Below are positions 50,766-60,682 of a DNA stretch of 64,000 bases, piece by piece; position 1 is the first letter of the stretch; each line of letters begins with the position of its first letter. A model generated the notes under the pieces. The model ran no database searches and was not told the origin of the DNA. It worked only from the letters and a program-made list of their open reading frames with translations. A program made the translations under genes and the position numbers. This DNA is from a candidate division FCPU426 bacterium. Its GTDB lineage: Bacteria > Oederibacteriota > PGYV01 > Palsa-1178. The DNA is taken from NCBI GenBank assembly GCA_963840035.1, contig CAWIXE010000002.1, forward strand, positions 1,376,001-1,440,000, written 5' to 3'.

Positions 50766-51752
50766 CTATTTTTTTATTTCTTCTTCCTTCAATTTTGCGG
50801 AAAACAAGCCTTTTAAAAAATAAACCCCATAATACAAATGCGTGACAAATATTCCGATCATGGTCATTATACCATAACCAATGGTCCTGGTCCTGATCGC
50901 ATCGGCAAATAAAAGGAAAACATACAGTTCAAGGGGCAGTGCCCACAATCCAAAAATGGCATGGTTAAAAAAGACGGGGTATGAAAAGCTGATTAGGTAC
51001 GCCACAAAAACCGTCGGAATAAAATATGACGGACGAAGGGACGTTTCAGGAAACCTCTTTACGAAGTAGCCCCTGTGCAGAGCGTAATTTTTGACCTGAT
51101 GTATATGGCCTTTAAAAAAATTCCTCCTGTGATGATAGACAAAAACACCGGGATCGTAGGCAATCTTCAGTTTCAGGTCCCTGACAATCTTTAAGCATAT
51201 GACTGTATCTTCACCCGGCCAGAACTCCGTATTAAAACCGCCTATTTTGCCGATAACATCCCTGCGTATTATCAGGTTGCATGAAGGATAATCGTCCACA
51301 AAACGTTTTTTATCCGCGACGTATCTGTATCTGTATCCGCCTCCGCCAAGGAATGATTCATATATAAACCCGCTGACTTTCTGCAAGAAACCGTCATGGG
51401 ACGGAGTCGCCGCCGGTCCGCCTACCGCGCCTATAATCTTATCCGACTCGAATATTTCCACCGCTTTTTTAAGCCATCCCTTTTCAGGGTAAACATCGTC
51501 ATCAATGAACGCCACTATCTCAGCCTTTGACATCCTGATTCCGATATCCCTTTTCTCCCCGGGATAAATATGGCCGGTCGGTTTGATCTTAAGCTTAAAC
51601 TTGAATTTTCCCGCGATCTTGCCCGGCTTATCAGGAAGGACGATTACCTCAACTTTTTTAAGGTCATAATCAAGTTTATTTATATACGGCAATGATTCAC
51701 GTATGTAGTCGTTTATCTCTTTAACTGGTATTATTATGCTTACTGTCTTCAA
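50766..51752 (-). CDS. GT2 family glycosyltransferase
   Basis: VSIIIPV, AFIDDD, PSCNL, GEDT, VYHHRR; C-terminal TMs. Confidence 0.9.
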   Translation of the reverse strand: MKTVSIIIPVKEINDYIRESLPYINKLDYDLKKVEVIVLPDKPGKIAGKFKFKLKIKPTGHIYPGEKRDIGIRMSKAEIVAFIDDDVYPEKGWLKKAVEIFESDKIIGAVGGPAATPSHDGFLQKVSGFIYESFLGGGGYRYRYVADKKRFVDDYPSCNLIIRRDVIGKIGGFNTEFWPGEDTVICLKIVRDLKLKIAYDPGVFVYHHRRNFFKGHIHQVKNYALHRGYFVKRFPETSLRPSYFIPTVFVAYLISFSYPVFFNHAIFGLWALPLELYVFLLFADAIRTRTIGYGIMTMIGIFVTHLYYGVYFLKGLFSAKLKEEEIKK

Positions 51753-51862
51753 AATTATCTCCTTATCACTGTTAACTCAAATCTCAAAAGTCAAAAGTGT
51801 TTCGTAAAATATAGCCGGGACCGGTGTCAAAGGTTCACTTTTGAGCTTTGACTTTTGACTTT

Positions 51863-52594
51863 TTACTTCACCCGGTCGTAATAGTGCAGTATATGCAGCC
51901 TGTAAAATATGGCAATCGTATCCCATAACATCTTAAAGACTATTTTAGGCGTAATATTGCCATATTTTCCCTTGTAATCGACCACAACCGGCGCTTCAGA
52001 TATCTTATAGCCGTTATGATGCGCCAGAATCAAAAGCTCAAGGTCAAAGGCAAACCGTTTTAAGAGCATCCTGTGGAATGTTTTTTTAAGCACTTCAGCT
52101 TTAAAAATTTTAATTCCTGTCTGCGTATCGCGCAGCGGAAGGCCAAAGAGTATTTTTACAATAAAGAAATAACCCGCTGAAAGCACTTTTCTGCCCGCAG
52201 GATAGTTCAACACTGACTTGGGGTGTCTTTTCGAGCCTATTACAACATCCGCCTTTTCATCTTCCATAACTTTAAACAATTCCTCAAACTGCTTAGGGTG
52301 TATGTCCAGGTCCCCGTCCAGGAACATAACAAGGTCTCCGCTGCTGTGATTAAATGCCGAACGCAGCGCCTCGCCCTTGCCTTCATTTTTAGGCAGTTGA
52401 TACACCTTAATATGCTCTTTCTGGGCTTTGGACGCCTTATCAAAGGTAGAGTCCTTTGAACCGTCATCCATGACTATAATCTCGTATGAAAAGCCCTTCT
52501 TTTTGAAAAACTCATCCGTCTCAAGGATGTTCTTTGCGGCCCAGAGTTCCTCGTTATACATGGGCATTAAAACCGATAATTTCTTAAACGGCAT
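51863..52594 (-). CDS. GT2 polyprenol-phosphate glycosyltransferase (DPM/ALG5-like)
   Basis: DDGSKDST, NEGKG, FLDGDL, IGSKRH, DTQTGIK, FAFDLELL. Confidence 0.9.
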   Translation of the reverse strand: MPFKKLSVLMPMYNEELWAAKNILETDEFFKKKGFSYEIIVMDDGSKDSTFDKASKAQKEHIKVYQLPKNEGKGEALRSAFNHSSGDLVMFLDGDLDIHPKQFEELFKVMEDEKADVVIGSKRHPKSVLNYPAGRKVLSAGYFFIVKILFGLPLRDTQTGIKIFKAEVLKKTFHRMLLKRFAFDLELLILAHHNGYKISEAPVVVDYKGKYGNITPKIVFKMLWDTIAIFYRLHILHYYDRVK

Positions 52595-53837
52595 GAATAT
52601 CCGCCGCCTTTTTGACCCGCAAAGACATTATTGACGATATGAGGATCAGCAGATTAACGACAAACAATGTCCCGATTACCTGAAAAAAATTATCATGAAA
52701 AAACCACAAAACAGAGGCGTATATTATAATCCCCACAAAAACTATATATATAAAGTCATATTTATGCACCGCGAGGCTGTAATTAATGACCACATTCAGG
52801 AGGACAAGCGGCAATATGGCAATTCCAAACAACCTTACCACACCTTCAATATTCATGAACTTTTCCCCGAACATAACACCTATTATGAACTTTGGAAAAA
52901 GGAAGCAGAATACAATCCCAGCTACGCTGATGGCTGCCGTAAGCAGCAGGCTTTTATTTAGCAGATTCTTTGTCTCCTGGTTTAAGGCATGCTGTTCGGA
53001 AACTTTGGGGAAAAGCGTCATCACTATCGCTGACGGGAAGAACAGGAAAGCTTTCCCGATCATGGATGTGGCCGAATAAAGCCCCGCGTTATGCTCGTCA
53101 AAAAAGTGTTTCACCATGAAAACATCCATATAACTTAACAGTGAAAAACCTGTCATGGCAAAGAAAACAGGCATGGCGTAAGAAAAAAATTCCCGTTTGG
53201 TAAGCGGTTCTTCCTTTGTCTCCTTATATTTGAAAATAAAGGAAATCATTGCAACGCCGGCTATGTAAGCGATTAGGCTTCCTGCCATGGTTGTGGCAAG
53301 CGCGCCGCGCGTGCCCCACCCAAAGACGGCAAAAACAAAAAGGAGTAACAGCCTTAATCCAGCGTCAATCACGGAATTGATGCCAAGGCTGACAAATTTC
53401 TGCATCCCCTGCAGGATTCCCCTGACGTTTATTATCATCATTGATGCCAGCGCGATAAGGCTTAAAATAACAATTAACCCCTTGTCCCAAACCCTGAAAA
53501 ACTCCTGTAAAAAAGGCATGGCAATCAAAAATCCTGCCATATACGCGAAACCAAGCGCGAAAAACCATTTTGTGGACCGCTTAAAAAGGTGGAGTATGTT
53601 GCCGTATTTTCCGTGCGCGCTGAAAACAGATGTTTTCTTTACAACCGTCATCTGCAGCGACATCGCAGGCATGGTTACAATGATTATCATGGCCAGCAGG
53701 GTTACCAGAACCCCGTAATTCTCGGGGCCCAGCTGCCTGCTCGCTATGCTGTGAAAAATAAAATTTGAAATATTCACAACGCTCGAGGAAAGAAAAAGGA
53801 TCATAGAATCCTTTATCAAATGGTCTTTTTTATTCAT
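52584..53837 (-). CDS. Oligosaccharide flippase (Wzx/MOP family)
   Basis: RQLGPENYG, RGILQG, DVFMVKHF, AGLYSA; about 12 TMs. Confidence 0.88.
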   Translation of the reverse strand: MNKKDHLIKDSMILFLSSSVVNISNFIFHSIASRQLGPENYGVLVTLLAMIIIVTMPAMSLQMTVVKKTSVFSAHGKYGNILHLFKRSTKWFFALGFAYMAGFLIAMPFLQEFFRVWDKGLIVILSLIALASMMIINVRGILQGMQKFVSLGINSVIDAGLRLLLLFVFAVFGWGTRGALATTMAGSLIAYIAGVAMISFIFKYKETKEEPLTKREFFSYAMPVFFAMTGFSLLSYMDVFMVKHFFDEHNAGLYSATSMIGKAFLFFPSAIVMTLFPKVSEQHALNQETKNLLNKSLLLTAAISVAGIVFCFLFPKFIIGVMFGEKFMNIEGVVRLFGIAILPLVLLNVVINYSLAVHKYDFIYIVFVGIIIYASVLWFFHDNFFQVIGTLFVVNLLILISSIMSLRVKKAADIHAV

Positions 53838-53867
53838 TTCAACCGGTTCCCGGGCATTGAACTATTT

Positions 53868-54878
53868 TTATTCAAAAACCGGCCTGAACGCGATAACCTT
53901 ATTTTTGGAAATATCGGTCACATACACGTTGTCAGCCTGGTCTATCGTAATACCCAGCGGATTTCCAAAAAGGGGCTTGTCCTTCATGTCGTTTTTAATA
54001 ACCCCGACAGGCTTGTTATTCTTGTCCTTGGTGTTATAAACCACAACTTCCTGCGTCCCGCCTGATACCACATAAAGGTAATCTCGTGAATCTATGGCGA
54101 TCATGGGCCATAAAGGAAACGCCTGGTCCCATGCTTTTACTTTAATCTGCCCGACAGGCTGAAGGTCTGATGAGAATATGTTTATCCTTCTGTTGCCCGC
54201 GTCTGCGGCAAAAATCCTGCCCTTGGAATCAGAGGCTATGCCGAATACTTCGCTGAATTTTCCGGTACCGCGGCCCGCTCCTCCGGCAGGGTTGCCTACC
54301 CTGTTGCCTTCGGAATCAAAACGGTGCAGGCGGCTTGTGCCTGTATCCGCCACTATTACAATACCGTACTTATTTACAGCGACGTTCCTCGGGCTGTAAA
54401 AACCGGCTTTAACCCCGCCGATCTCAAAAATGTAACTTCCATTTGAATTAAATTTCTGTATCCTGCCGTTCCATGCGTCCGCGACATAAACATTGCCTTC
54501 GCCGTCGGTTGCGACGCCTGACGGTTCATTAAACTCTCCTGGTTTTTTTCCCTTGCCGCCCCATGCCAGCACAAATTCGCCGTCGGTTTTGAATTTATTT
54601 ATATATGAGCTGTTAAGGACCGAAACATAAAGGAACTTTCCGTCCGGCGATATGGAAATACCCCTTGGCGAGGAAAGCTGCCCTTTCTTTTCTCCGACAG
54701 TCCCCCACTCGCTTATCTTTTCAGCTTTTAAAGGTTTAACCGGCGCTCCGGCTTTCAATTTTGTGACACCTATGACAACCCCTATTGCGATAATCGCAAT
54801 GATAAGCACTCCAAGGCTTCCCAGCCCGCCTTTTTTACGCTTCTTTGTTTTCTTCGCCTTCTTTTTTTTCTTTGCCAT
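53868..54878 (-). CDS. Membrane-anchored NHL-repeat six-bladed beta-propeller
   Basis: Lys-rich N-terminus plus TM; repeated P.G...D.EGNVYVAD.WN.RIQKF. Confidence 0.88.
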   Translation of the reverse strand: MAKKKKKAKKTKKRKKGGLGSLGVLIIAIIAIGVVIGVTKLKAGAPVKPLKAEKISEWGTVGEKKGQLSSPRGISISPDGKFLYVSVLNSSYINKFKTDGEFVLAWGGKGKKPGEFNEPSGVATDGEGNVYVADAWNGRIQKFNSNGSYIFEIGGVKAGFYSPRNVAVNKYGIVIVADTGTSRLHRFDSEGNRVGNPAGGAGRGTGKFSEVFGIASDSKGRIFAADAGNRRINIFSSDLQPVGQIKVKAWDQAFPLWPMIAIDSRDYLYVVSGGTQEVVVYNTKDKNNKPVGVIKNDMKDKPLFGNPLGITIDQADNVYVTDISKNKVIAFRPVFE

Positions 54879-54930
54879 TTTTCCCTCCCGATATATTTAT
54901 GTTTATATTTTAATAGACTAAAAACAGCGT

Positions 54931-55932
54931 TTATTCTTCCAGGACGTTAATCTTTCCCGCGGCAGAATCGGTTACAAGTAGCTGCCCTCCGGTAAACACA
55001 GCCACTCCCATCGGGCATCCCATCTTCTGCTTCTTTGTGTCCGTCGTTATGGTTTTTAAAAGCGTCCCTTCGAGGTTATATTTCAGAACCCTGTGATTTG
55101 TTGAATCGGTTATGAACATGGTCCTTTTGGCCTTGTCAATGTCAAAATAAGGCTCCATCAGGCATCCATTTGATACCTGCTCTAAAGCCCATCCATTTAC
55201 CTTAAACTCCCTGATGTATTTGCCTGACGTGCTCATGACCTGTATCCTGTAATTGACCCTGTCAGCTATGTAAATATTTCCATCCGGCCCCTGCTTGATG
55301 GAAAACGGTTCAAAGAACTCGCCCGGTTTATCCGTGCCTTTTTCAACCCCGTTGCGTTTCTTTCCCCAGGCCGCGAGTTTTTTTCCGGCCTTATCCAGTT
55401 TATATACCAGGAAGTTTCCTGTATCCACTATGTAAATATTCCCGTCTTTATCCACAGCCACATCCCTCGGGCCCCATAATCCCAGGTCCCCGCCGACTGC
55501 CATGAGGAAACTTCCTGAATTATTGAAAATCTCAACCCGTCCGTTCCATGTGTCAGCCACGTAAACATTGCCGTCAGGGCCTATATCTATGCCGCATGGC
55601 TCCTTCATGTCTCCGGGGCCGCTTCCGTCCTTACCCCATGACAAAACAAAGTTCCCGGCATTGCTGAATTTTTGTATCCTGCTGTTGCGCGAATCCACCA
55701 CGTATACAAAGCCTTCCTTATCCACGGCAATATCCTTGGGCGTCTGGAAGTATCCCCTGTCAGAACCCTGGGCGCCGCCTGTGGTAAGTATGTTCTGAGG
55801 TACAGCGGCAGCTTTGCGCTCAGTCTTTAAGTTCGCGGGGTTAAACATCACCAGGATGATAAGCAGTATTGCCGCGAGAAGTGACCCTATAATTATTTTT
55901 TCCTGTTTTGACATCTGCGTTAAATCGATCAT
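54931..55932 (-). CDS. Membrane-anchored NHL-repeat six-bladed beta-propeller
   Basis: N-terminal TM; PKDIAVD.EGFVYVVDSRNSRIQKF, GNVYVADTWNGR. Confidence 0.88.
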   Translation of the reverse strand: MIDLTQMSKQEKIIIGSLLAAILLIILVMFNPANLKTERKAAAVPQNILTTGGAQGSDRGYFQTPKDIAVDKEGFVYVVDSRNSRIQKFSNAGNFVLSWGKDGSGPGDMKEPCGIDIGPDGNVYVADTWNGRVEIFNNSGSFLMAVGGDLGLWGPRDVAVDKDGNIYIVDTGNFLVYKLDKAGKKLAAWGKKRNGVEKGTDKPGEFFEPFSIKQGPDGNIYIADRVNYRIQVMSTSGKYIREFKVNGWALEQVSNGCLMEPYFDIDKAKRTMFITDSTNHRVLKYNLEGTLLKTITTDTKKQKMGCPMGVAVFTGGQLLVTDSAAGKINVLEE

Positions 55933-57875
55933 TATTCGCCTCCTGTCCAGTACTTTTCATATTCTTTTTTTACATAGACCACAAAGTCATATGAACCAAG
56001 TTCATTCCATACATCCCTGTACATGAACCTTTTCCACAGCATTGTGAATTTTTCGCCGAGCGGCGCTTTCCACCATTTGTTCTCATCCGGCGCCCACCAT
56101 TCGCGCAGTTTGTACCTCTCAAAGTAATAATCCTTTGAAAGCAGGTCTTTAACGCGCTGGTCATGGCCCGGATTGGCCTCCTCGATGCCTGAAAGGATCA
56201 GCGGCTTGCCCAGCTGATACTCAGGCACGTTCTTGGGTTCATACGCGATCTTTTTATAATCACGCAGGTACCAGGCGAAAGGCCAGGTGCAATAGTCTTC
56301 TATTACTATCTCCATATTTGTCGGGTCAAAATTCCTGAACTCCCCGCTGTCCCATTTCGCGCGTTTCATTTCCTCGGAGAACCTTATGATCTTTTTTGCC
56401 ACATGGGTGACATCAGTGGATGACTGGACGTAAACCAGGGATTCTTTCGGCGACGCGCCGTCCCCGTAGAAACACACGCTTATCGCTCCATGCAGCGTTC
56501 CCATAGTCAAAAGTATGAACATGACCATCCCTGCCGACCTTTTCCAGCCCCAATCCTCGCGCTGGAACATGTCCGCACAGAACTTACCGGCAAGTATTAC
56601 CATGGGAAGCAGCGGATGAATGGCAAGCCAAGGCATTTTTTCCCCGGCCCATGAATATACTATCATGGACATAATCCACCAGTAAATCACAAACAGATTG
56701 AAAAAAGTCCTTTTTTCCTTTACCACTATGTAATAAACACTCGCTATCAGCATAAAAAACACCGCAGTCAGTTCGTAAAAAGGTATCATGAGGAAATAGA
56801 AATACGCAGGCTGGCTTCCCCTTTCAACGCCGTGCTGCCCGAGCCAGTATATAAGCCCTCCAACATAACCATCCCATATAAATTTCAGATTAGAAAAGAA
56901 CCCTGCCCCCGGCTGTTTGCCGAAATACAGGATCCCGTGGGTAAATACAAAAACCGCCAGCGCGATGAAGAATACTTTTTTGCCCTCACCCAGCCAGTAG
57001 TTCACGGTCTCATAAAAAGAACCTTCCTTGCCTGTCTTCTCCGGGTTATTCCTGTAGGAATATTCCCATAGCCACCGGCCCATAAGGAATGTGCCGAAAA
57101 TGAACATGGTTATGTAATTTGCCTCCTTGGTGGCCCATGAAAAGGCAAAACCCACCATGGCAAGATACAGCCAGCCGGGTTTCCTCGAATCAAAGTAACG
57201 CATAAGTCCAATAAAAAGCATGATCGTATCCACAGCCATAAATATATCCTCGCGTATGAACCTGGCCTGGTACATCCATGTAGGCGATACTGCCATAAGA
57301 AGCGCCGCAAGCACCGCTCCGAGCCTGCCCATATAAGGCTTGAAAAAATACATAAGGAGCACGCCGGCAACTCCGTAAATAGCCGGGGCAACCCTTGACG
57401 TATAGTCGCTTGTGCCAAAAAGGAAGTATATCAGGGCGTTCGCGTGGTAGTGGAACGGGCCGTGCATCATCGGGTTATATGTGTACCCGTCGCCGATGAA
57501 AAGCTTCCACGCGTAAAAAGCGTGCATGGATTCATCATGATGCAGCGGCTTGATCCCGAGGTCGGTAAACCTGGTGCATATGGTAAATATCAATATCGCG
57601 GCCCACGCGAGTATTTCCCAGTTAATGGCAAATCCTGACGCGGGCGCGGACTGCATTACCTCAGCGGAGTCCTGAAAAATGGCCGCTGTCTTTTTTATTT
57701 CCTTTACGGTTTTTTCAGCCGCAGGTTTTGCTTTTTTCTTCTCCGCAACTTCGGGGGCCGCCTTTACCGGAGCGGATTCTTCCCTTGCCGCGAGCTTGGA
57801 GCCGCAACTGTCGCAGAACCTGTTTGATTTCGGGTTCTCTTCCCCGCATTTGGGGCACTTTAAGGTCTCGGACAT
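55932..57875 (-). CDS. TIGR03663/Agl23-like GT-C membrane protein with N-terminal zinc ribbon
   Basis: LHHDESMH, YNPMMHGP, RFIRED, QHGVERGSQP, EKMPWL, LVYVQ, WPFAWYLRDY; N-terminal CPKC..CDSC. Confidence 0.8.
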   Translation of the reverse strand: MSETLKCPKCGEENPKSNRFCDSCGSKLAAREESAPVKAAPEVAEKKKAKPAAEKTVKEIKKTAAIFQDSAEVMQSAPASGFAINWEILAWAAILIFTICTRFTDLGIKPLHHDESMHAFYAWKLFIGDGYTYNPMMHGPFHYHANALIYFLFGTSDYTSRVAPAIYGVAGVLLMYFFKPYMGRLGAVLAALLMAVSPTWMYQARFIREDIFMAVDTIMLFIGLMRYFDSRKPGWLYLAMVGFAFSWATKEANYITMFIFGTFLMGRWLWEYSYRNNPEKTGKEGSFYETVNYWLGEGKKVFFIALAVFVFTHGILYFGKQPGAGFFSNLKFIWDGYVGGLIYWLGQHGVERGSQPAYFYFLMIPFYELTAVFFMLIASVYYIVVKEKRTFFNLFVIYWWIMSMIVYSWAGEKMPWLAIHPLLPMVILAGKFCADMFQREDWGWKRSAGMVMFILLTMGTLHGAISVCFYGDGASPKESLVYVQSSTDVTHVAKKIIRFSEEMKRAKWDSGEFRNFDPTNMEIVIEDYCTWPFAWYLRDYKKIAYEPKNVPEYQLGKPLILSGIEEANPGHDQRVKDLLSKDYYFERYKLREWWAPDENKWWKAPLGEKFTMLWKRFMYRDVWNELGSYDFVVYVKKEYEKYWTGGE

Positions 57876-57890
57876 TTTTATTCCTCCTGC

Positions 57891-60335
57891 TTATCTGATT
57901 TTATATATTATTGTATCCATTTTATTCGCGTATACAGGCTCCACCAGCTGCTGCTTGTACATCTCCTCAAACTTCGCGAGGCCCTGCGGGCTCTTGGCGT
58001 ATTTATCGCGCTCAAGCACTCCCATATAGATATATCTTATGTTGTACTGGCGCATGAGCTCCATGGCCCTGTTTATATCCGGCGTCTCATACATTTCGCG
58101 CACGTCATTTTCGCGCCTGGCCGCTTCATCACCGGAACCCCTCCACTGCGTTTCATGCCATGGCCATCCTATAACCGTGGGAAGCCCTGTGAATGACGCT
58201 ATCCTGGCGTATTCGGTGTACGAACCGCCGCATGCTTCAAGTATGGCAGGCGAACCCTTTATGCTTTTATTTATAAAATTTATCGCCTCAAAATCGCCGT
58301 ACGCCGGAAGCCTGTTGTCGTATGAAAAATCGCGCAGGAATTCCGAACCATCGAGCGTCATGCTCTTGCCAGGATTGTTCGTCCTGATGAGTGTCCCGCC
58401 TAAGGTATACATGAAACCGCAGATGACAAGTATCGTGAAAATGGTATTCCATGCTATTTTTACCATCCTCGGCTTGAACCTGAGGTAAAAATCATTTATC
58501 CAGAAGAACGCGTACGCTGAAGCCACTGACAGCATTATCCATGCCTGGTAATAGAACTTAAAAACCGTATTCATCCTGCCAAGTTTTGTATTGTCATTGA
58601 ACCCGTCTTTGATCCTTAAAAGTTCCGTTCCAAAAGTGGCAAAGAGCGCCGTAAATATAAGTATAATAATGAACTGATTCTCTTTAAGTTCCGTCTTTGT
58701 GGTACCCAGGACAACAAGAGCTCCAAGAAGGAGAAAAATAACCCCGACAGTAATTCCGGGAACAGCCTTGTCAACGAGAGTCTTGTAAATAATGAATATC
58801 AGGGCCAGCCCGATGGCTATGCCTGAATACAGCATCACCTTGCTGCCTTTGGACCCTGCCGGGTCTATCAGAAACTTGAAAAAAGACATGGCTGTCTCAT
58901 TTGATTTTTTAACTGAGAGTTCTGTCCCTCCGAGATAAAGCTCTTCCCCGTTTATCCTGTATCCGCACTGTCCGCATATCATCTTGCCTTCGCGGAACTG
59001 GGAGTGGCATCGCGGGCAGTACAGGTCCCTTTTTTTGACTTTAGAACCGGCGCCCTGCGACTTAAGCGCGTATATCCAGTTTAAGACCCTGGCTGTCATG
59101 AATGACAAAACCGGGAAAAGCATGATGCCAAAAATAATCAGATAATCGGTGATGCGCGTATTGACCAGGACAGGGGATATTCCTTTTACCTGTGACTTGA
59201 ATGATACCGTAAAAGGCAGGTATGCCACGATCGCCACGCCGAGGATGATGCCAAGCGAAATCCCAGCGTCCTTTATCCAGTTCTCAATCTTCTCATCCCT
59301 GGAATATTTGTATGAGAAAACACAAAGCGCCGCTACAAAAAAGTATGTCGGAAAATCCCAGGAATTAAGGAACCAGAGCCCGCCAAGGACAAGCCCGGAA
59401 AATACAAGGAACGCTATTTTTTCAAATTTGACCTCAAATAGGTTTTTGTCCTCAGTCTTAATCAGCGACAGGGCAATATTAAGCGTTAACAGGACAAATG
59501 GAACCGCCATCTGGTGCGGGTGCATGTCGCCCAAAAGATACGAGAAGAATGGAAATTCCGTAATGGTATAGTCATTTTCATAATCCATAACCCTGGTAGA
59601 ATCCCACCAGTTAAAATTAGAAAAGGACATATGGTTCTGGAAGAACTGCAGTACCCCGTCAAAATTTCCCAGTACCAGAAGGAACGCGAAGGCGACAAAA
59701 CCGATGAAGAAATTCTTCGTAAGGTTGTACATAAGTCCCAGGATGCCGATTGCCGAGATGGCATACAGGTATGTAAGAGCCACGTTATACGCCATACCAT
59801 TCGGTATGGCCGTCAGTTTCAGAATAATGCCCATCATAACGTACCCGAAATAATAGTAACTGATGTGCTGCCCGGCGCCTGCCATCCACGGGTCATATGG
59901 CGGCATTTTATCGCATCTGCCCACGGAGTTCATGAAGGCAAAATCCATGAATTTCTCCTGCCCCAGTATGTCCGGGTGGTACATTTTCCAGAAGGCATGC
60001 GCAAGGAATATGAAAAGATAGAAAAGCTCCGTGATAATTATCATCGCGTACTTTTCCCCGACGAAATCAAGTATCTCTTTTTTGTATTTCATGAACGCGT
60101 AAGCGGAAACCGCCGACATGGCAATAATAACCCCGATAATTGAGACCGTGGAGAAATTAAAATATCCGATCAGCCAGCTTAAGTACCCGACAATGAAAAG
60201 CCCGGCTATCTTCGAGAAAAGGTATCCCCTGTCATACGATTTTTTAAAGAAGAAAAAACTTATTGGGAAAGCAAGCAGACCGATAATTACCGAAATGAAC
60301 CACCAGTTGATGATGTATCCAAAATATACTCCCAC
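57891..60335 (-). CDS. DUF2298 (Chlor_Arch_YYY) GT-C-like membrane protein with inserted zinc ribbon
   Basis: EKFMD, PPYDPW, YYYFG, EFPFFS..GDMHPH, NSWDFP, RMNTVFKFY, PTVIGW..HE.QWR. Confidence 0.85.
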   Translation of the reverse strand: MGVYFGYIINWWFISVIIGLLAFPISFFFFKKSYDRGYLFSKIAGLFIVGYLSWLIGYFNFSTVSIIGVIIAMSAVSAYAFMKYKKEILDFVGEKYAMIIITELFYLFIFLAHAFWKMYHPDILGQEKFMDFAFMNSVGRCDKMPPYDPWMAGAGQHISYYYFGYVMMGIILKLTAIPNGMAYNVALTYLYAISAIGILGLMYNLTKNFFIGFVAFAFLLVLGNFDGVLQFFQNHMSFSNFNWWDSTRVMDYENDYTITEFPFFSYLLGDMHPHQMAVPFVLLTLNIALSLIKTEDKNLFEVKFEKIAFLVFSGLVLGGLWFLNSWDFPTYFFVAALCVFSYKYSRDEKIENWIKDAGISLGIILGVAIVAYLPFTVSFKSQVKGISPVLVNTRITDYLIIFGIMLFPVLSFMTARVLNWIYALKSQGAGSKVKKRDLYCPRCHSQFREGKMICGQCGYRINGEELYLGGTELSVKKSNETAMSFFKFLIDPAGSKGSKVMLYSGIAIGLALIFIIYKTLVDKAVPGITVGVIFLLLGALVVLGTTKTELKENQFIIILIFTALFATFGTELLRIKDGFNDNTKLGRMNTVFKFYYQAWIMLSVASAYAFFWINDFYLRFKPRMVKIAWNTIFTILVICGFMYTLGGTLIRTNNPGKSMTLDGSEFLRDFSYDNRLPAYGDFEAINFINKSIKGSPAILEACGGSYTEYARIASFTGLPTVIGWPWHETQWRGSGDEAARRENDVREMYETPDINRAMELMRQYNIRYIYMGVLERDKYAKSPQGLAKFEEMYKQQLVEPVYANKMDTIIYKIR

Positions 60336-60404
60336 TTCGCACCTCCGGAATTTATCCTTTGATTAATGGCTGTTTATCAAACCCTATAAATAAAATATGG
60401 AAAA

Positions 60405-60433
60405 ATTATAGCGAAATACGGGGTTTTTGTCAA
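60405..60433 (-). promoter_or_regulatory. Consensus sigma70 promoter for the glycosylation locus
   Basis: Minus strand TTGACA-17 nt-TATAAT. Confidence 0.75.
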
Positions 60434-60682
60434 CCGTGTATAATAAGGGAAGGCGGATTTTCGATTCCGAATTTTCAATTTTCAATTATAACCGGCTTAT
60501 TTATAAGGAAAAAAACAAAAATGCAGGTATTATTAATCGCGTTATATATAAACCTTGATATATATGAGTAATCTTTGACTTAAACCTGTTAAAAAGCCAT
60601 GTTTGCGCTATAATTCAGCCCTGGACTTTAAAACAACTAAAATCGAAAATTTAAAATATAAAATTCAAAATTATATAAGAAC

